A stretch of 64,000 bases of DNA from Chlorokybus atmophyticus (lineage: Eukaryota > Plantae > Mesostigma and Chlorokybus algae), in the NCBI GenBank assembly GCA_009103225.1, contig RHPI01000777.1, positions 124,001 to 188,000 of the forward strand. The letters are read 5' to 3'. The translations under genes were made by a program, and so were the position numbers. Numbering within the stretch: the stretch's first letter is position 1; every line of letters starts with the position of its first letter. Shown here piece by piece: positions 63,390 through 64,000 of this stretch. The notes under the pieces were generated by a model. The model was given only the letters and a program-made list of their open reading frames with translations, searched no databases and had not been told where the DNA came from.

Positions 63390-63830
63390 TACATGTTGGA
63401 AATTCTCGATACGTCCTCATTGTATGACTGTGTGGAAGCGCCTGGACAGTATGGCGTCAGGGATATTATGAGGCTTGATTTGCGGCTAGTGACGAGTAGT
63501 GGCCCGCAGTGGGCCACCCACTAATGATTGACACCTGAATATCCACTGGCAATCGATGACCTGATTTGGCTCGGTGATAAGTAGTGGTTGATCGACGGCA
63601 AAGCCGTCAGTCCGTCAACTCCAAACGACTGATTGAGTAATCTACAGTCAACATGTGGCTGTGGGCGTGTTTTGAGTACGAGATTATTACACGCTGGCCG
63701 CATTGGCAGTGCGGACGTCACTGCCAGGCTTACCACAAGGTGAGATGTGGAGCGCAGCAGCCAGGCAGCGCATACATATCCAGCCTGTATAATGCAGGTA
63801 GGAACTCAGTGCAGCACAATTGGCTCATAA
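63390..63830 (+). mobile_element. Possible very old gypsy-like pol remnant
   Basis: Weak resemblance of YDCVEAPGQYGVRDIMRL to the RNase H end motif and of LLHAGRIGSADVTARL to an integrase Zn-finger region; many stops. Confidence 0.2.
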
Positions 63831-64000
63831 CTTGCGAGTTGGAGTTGCCATGCTCAATGTAGTAGTCAATGTGAATGCATTATACATAAAATGCACGCAT
63901 AAAAGTGTATGCATAATCAACTCAATGGGTAAGCTTACTCATATCATGTGTTTGAGCCGCGAGAGTGCGATTGCTTTGTGGAATGAACGTCCATGCTCAC

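Noticed and set aside
63345-63525. Helitron 3' end (hairpins TAGTAGGGC-G-GCCCTACTA and GTGGCCC/GGGCCAC)
   Set aside because: No CTRR terminus at the expected distance, and no matching 5' TC end identified.

Overview
Eukaryotic nuclear DNA with short GT-AG introns (many CA/TG-microsatellite-rich) and five N gaps. The gene set and TTTAGGG-type telo-boxes point to a green alga, probably an early-diverging streptophyte; this is an inference. All exon models were built by hand from splice signals and remembered protein motifs, and no database search was run. Apparently intact genes: a P4-ATPase flippase (-, runs off the left edge) head-to-head with a plant-type callose synthase (+), a carotenoid cleavage dioxygenase (-), a meiotic HORMA protein ASY1/HOP1 (+), RPL7A (-) head-to-head with a COV1/DUF502 gene (+), a small zinc-ribbon/Pro-rich/BRI3-like gene (+) and an EMB2421-like FAD monooxygenase (-). 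Positions 21751-25062 hold an internally deleted chromodomain Ty3/gypsy element with both LTRs and an ACCTT target-site duplication. From about 37 to 53.3 kb lie frameshifted remnants of F-box, WD40-like, ARM-repeat and NHL-BTB genes. The most unusual signals are: an intronic A-B'-A'-B inverted-repeat arrangement in the CCD gene carrying a perfect 28-nt antisense copy of its own 5' splice site; a 186-nt multibranched fold-back element; hairpin-rich LTRs that differ mainly by loss of hairpin arms; and an orphan C/D-box snoRNA candidate.
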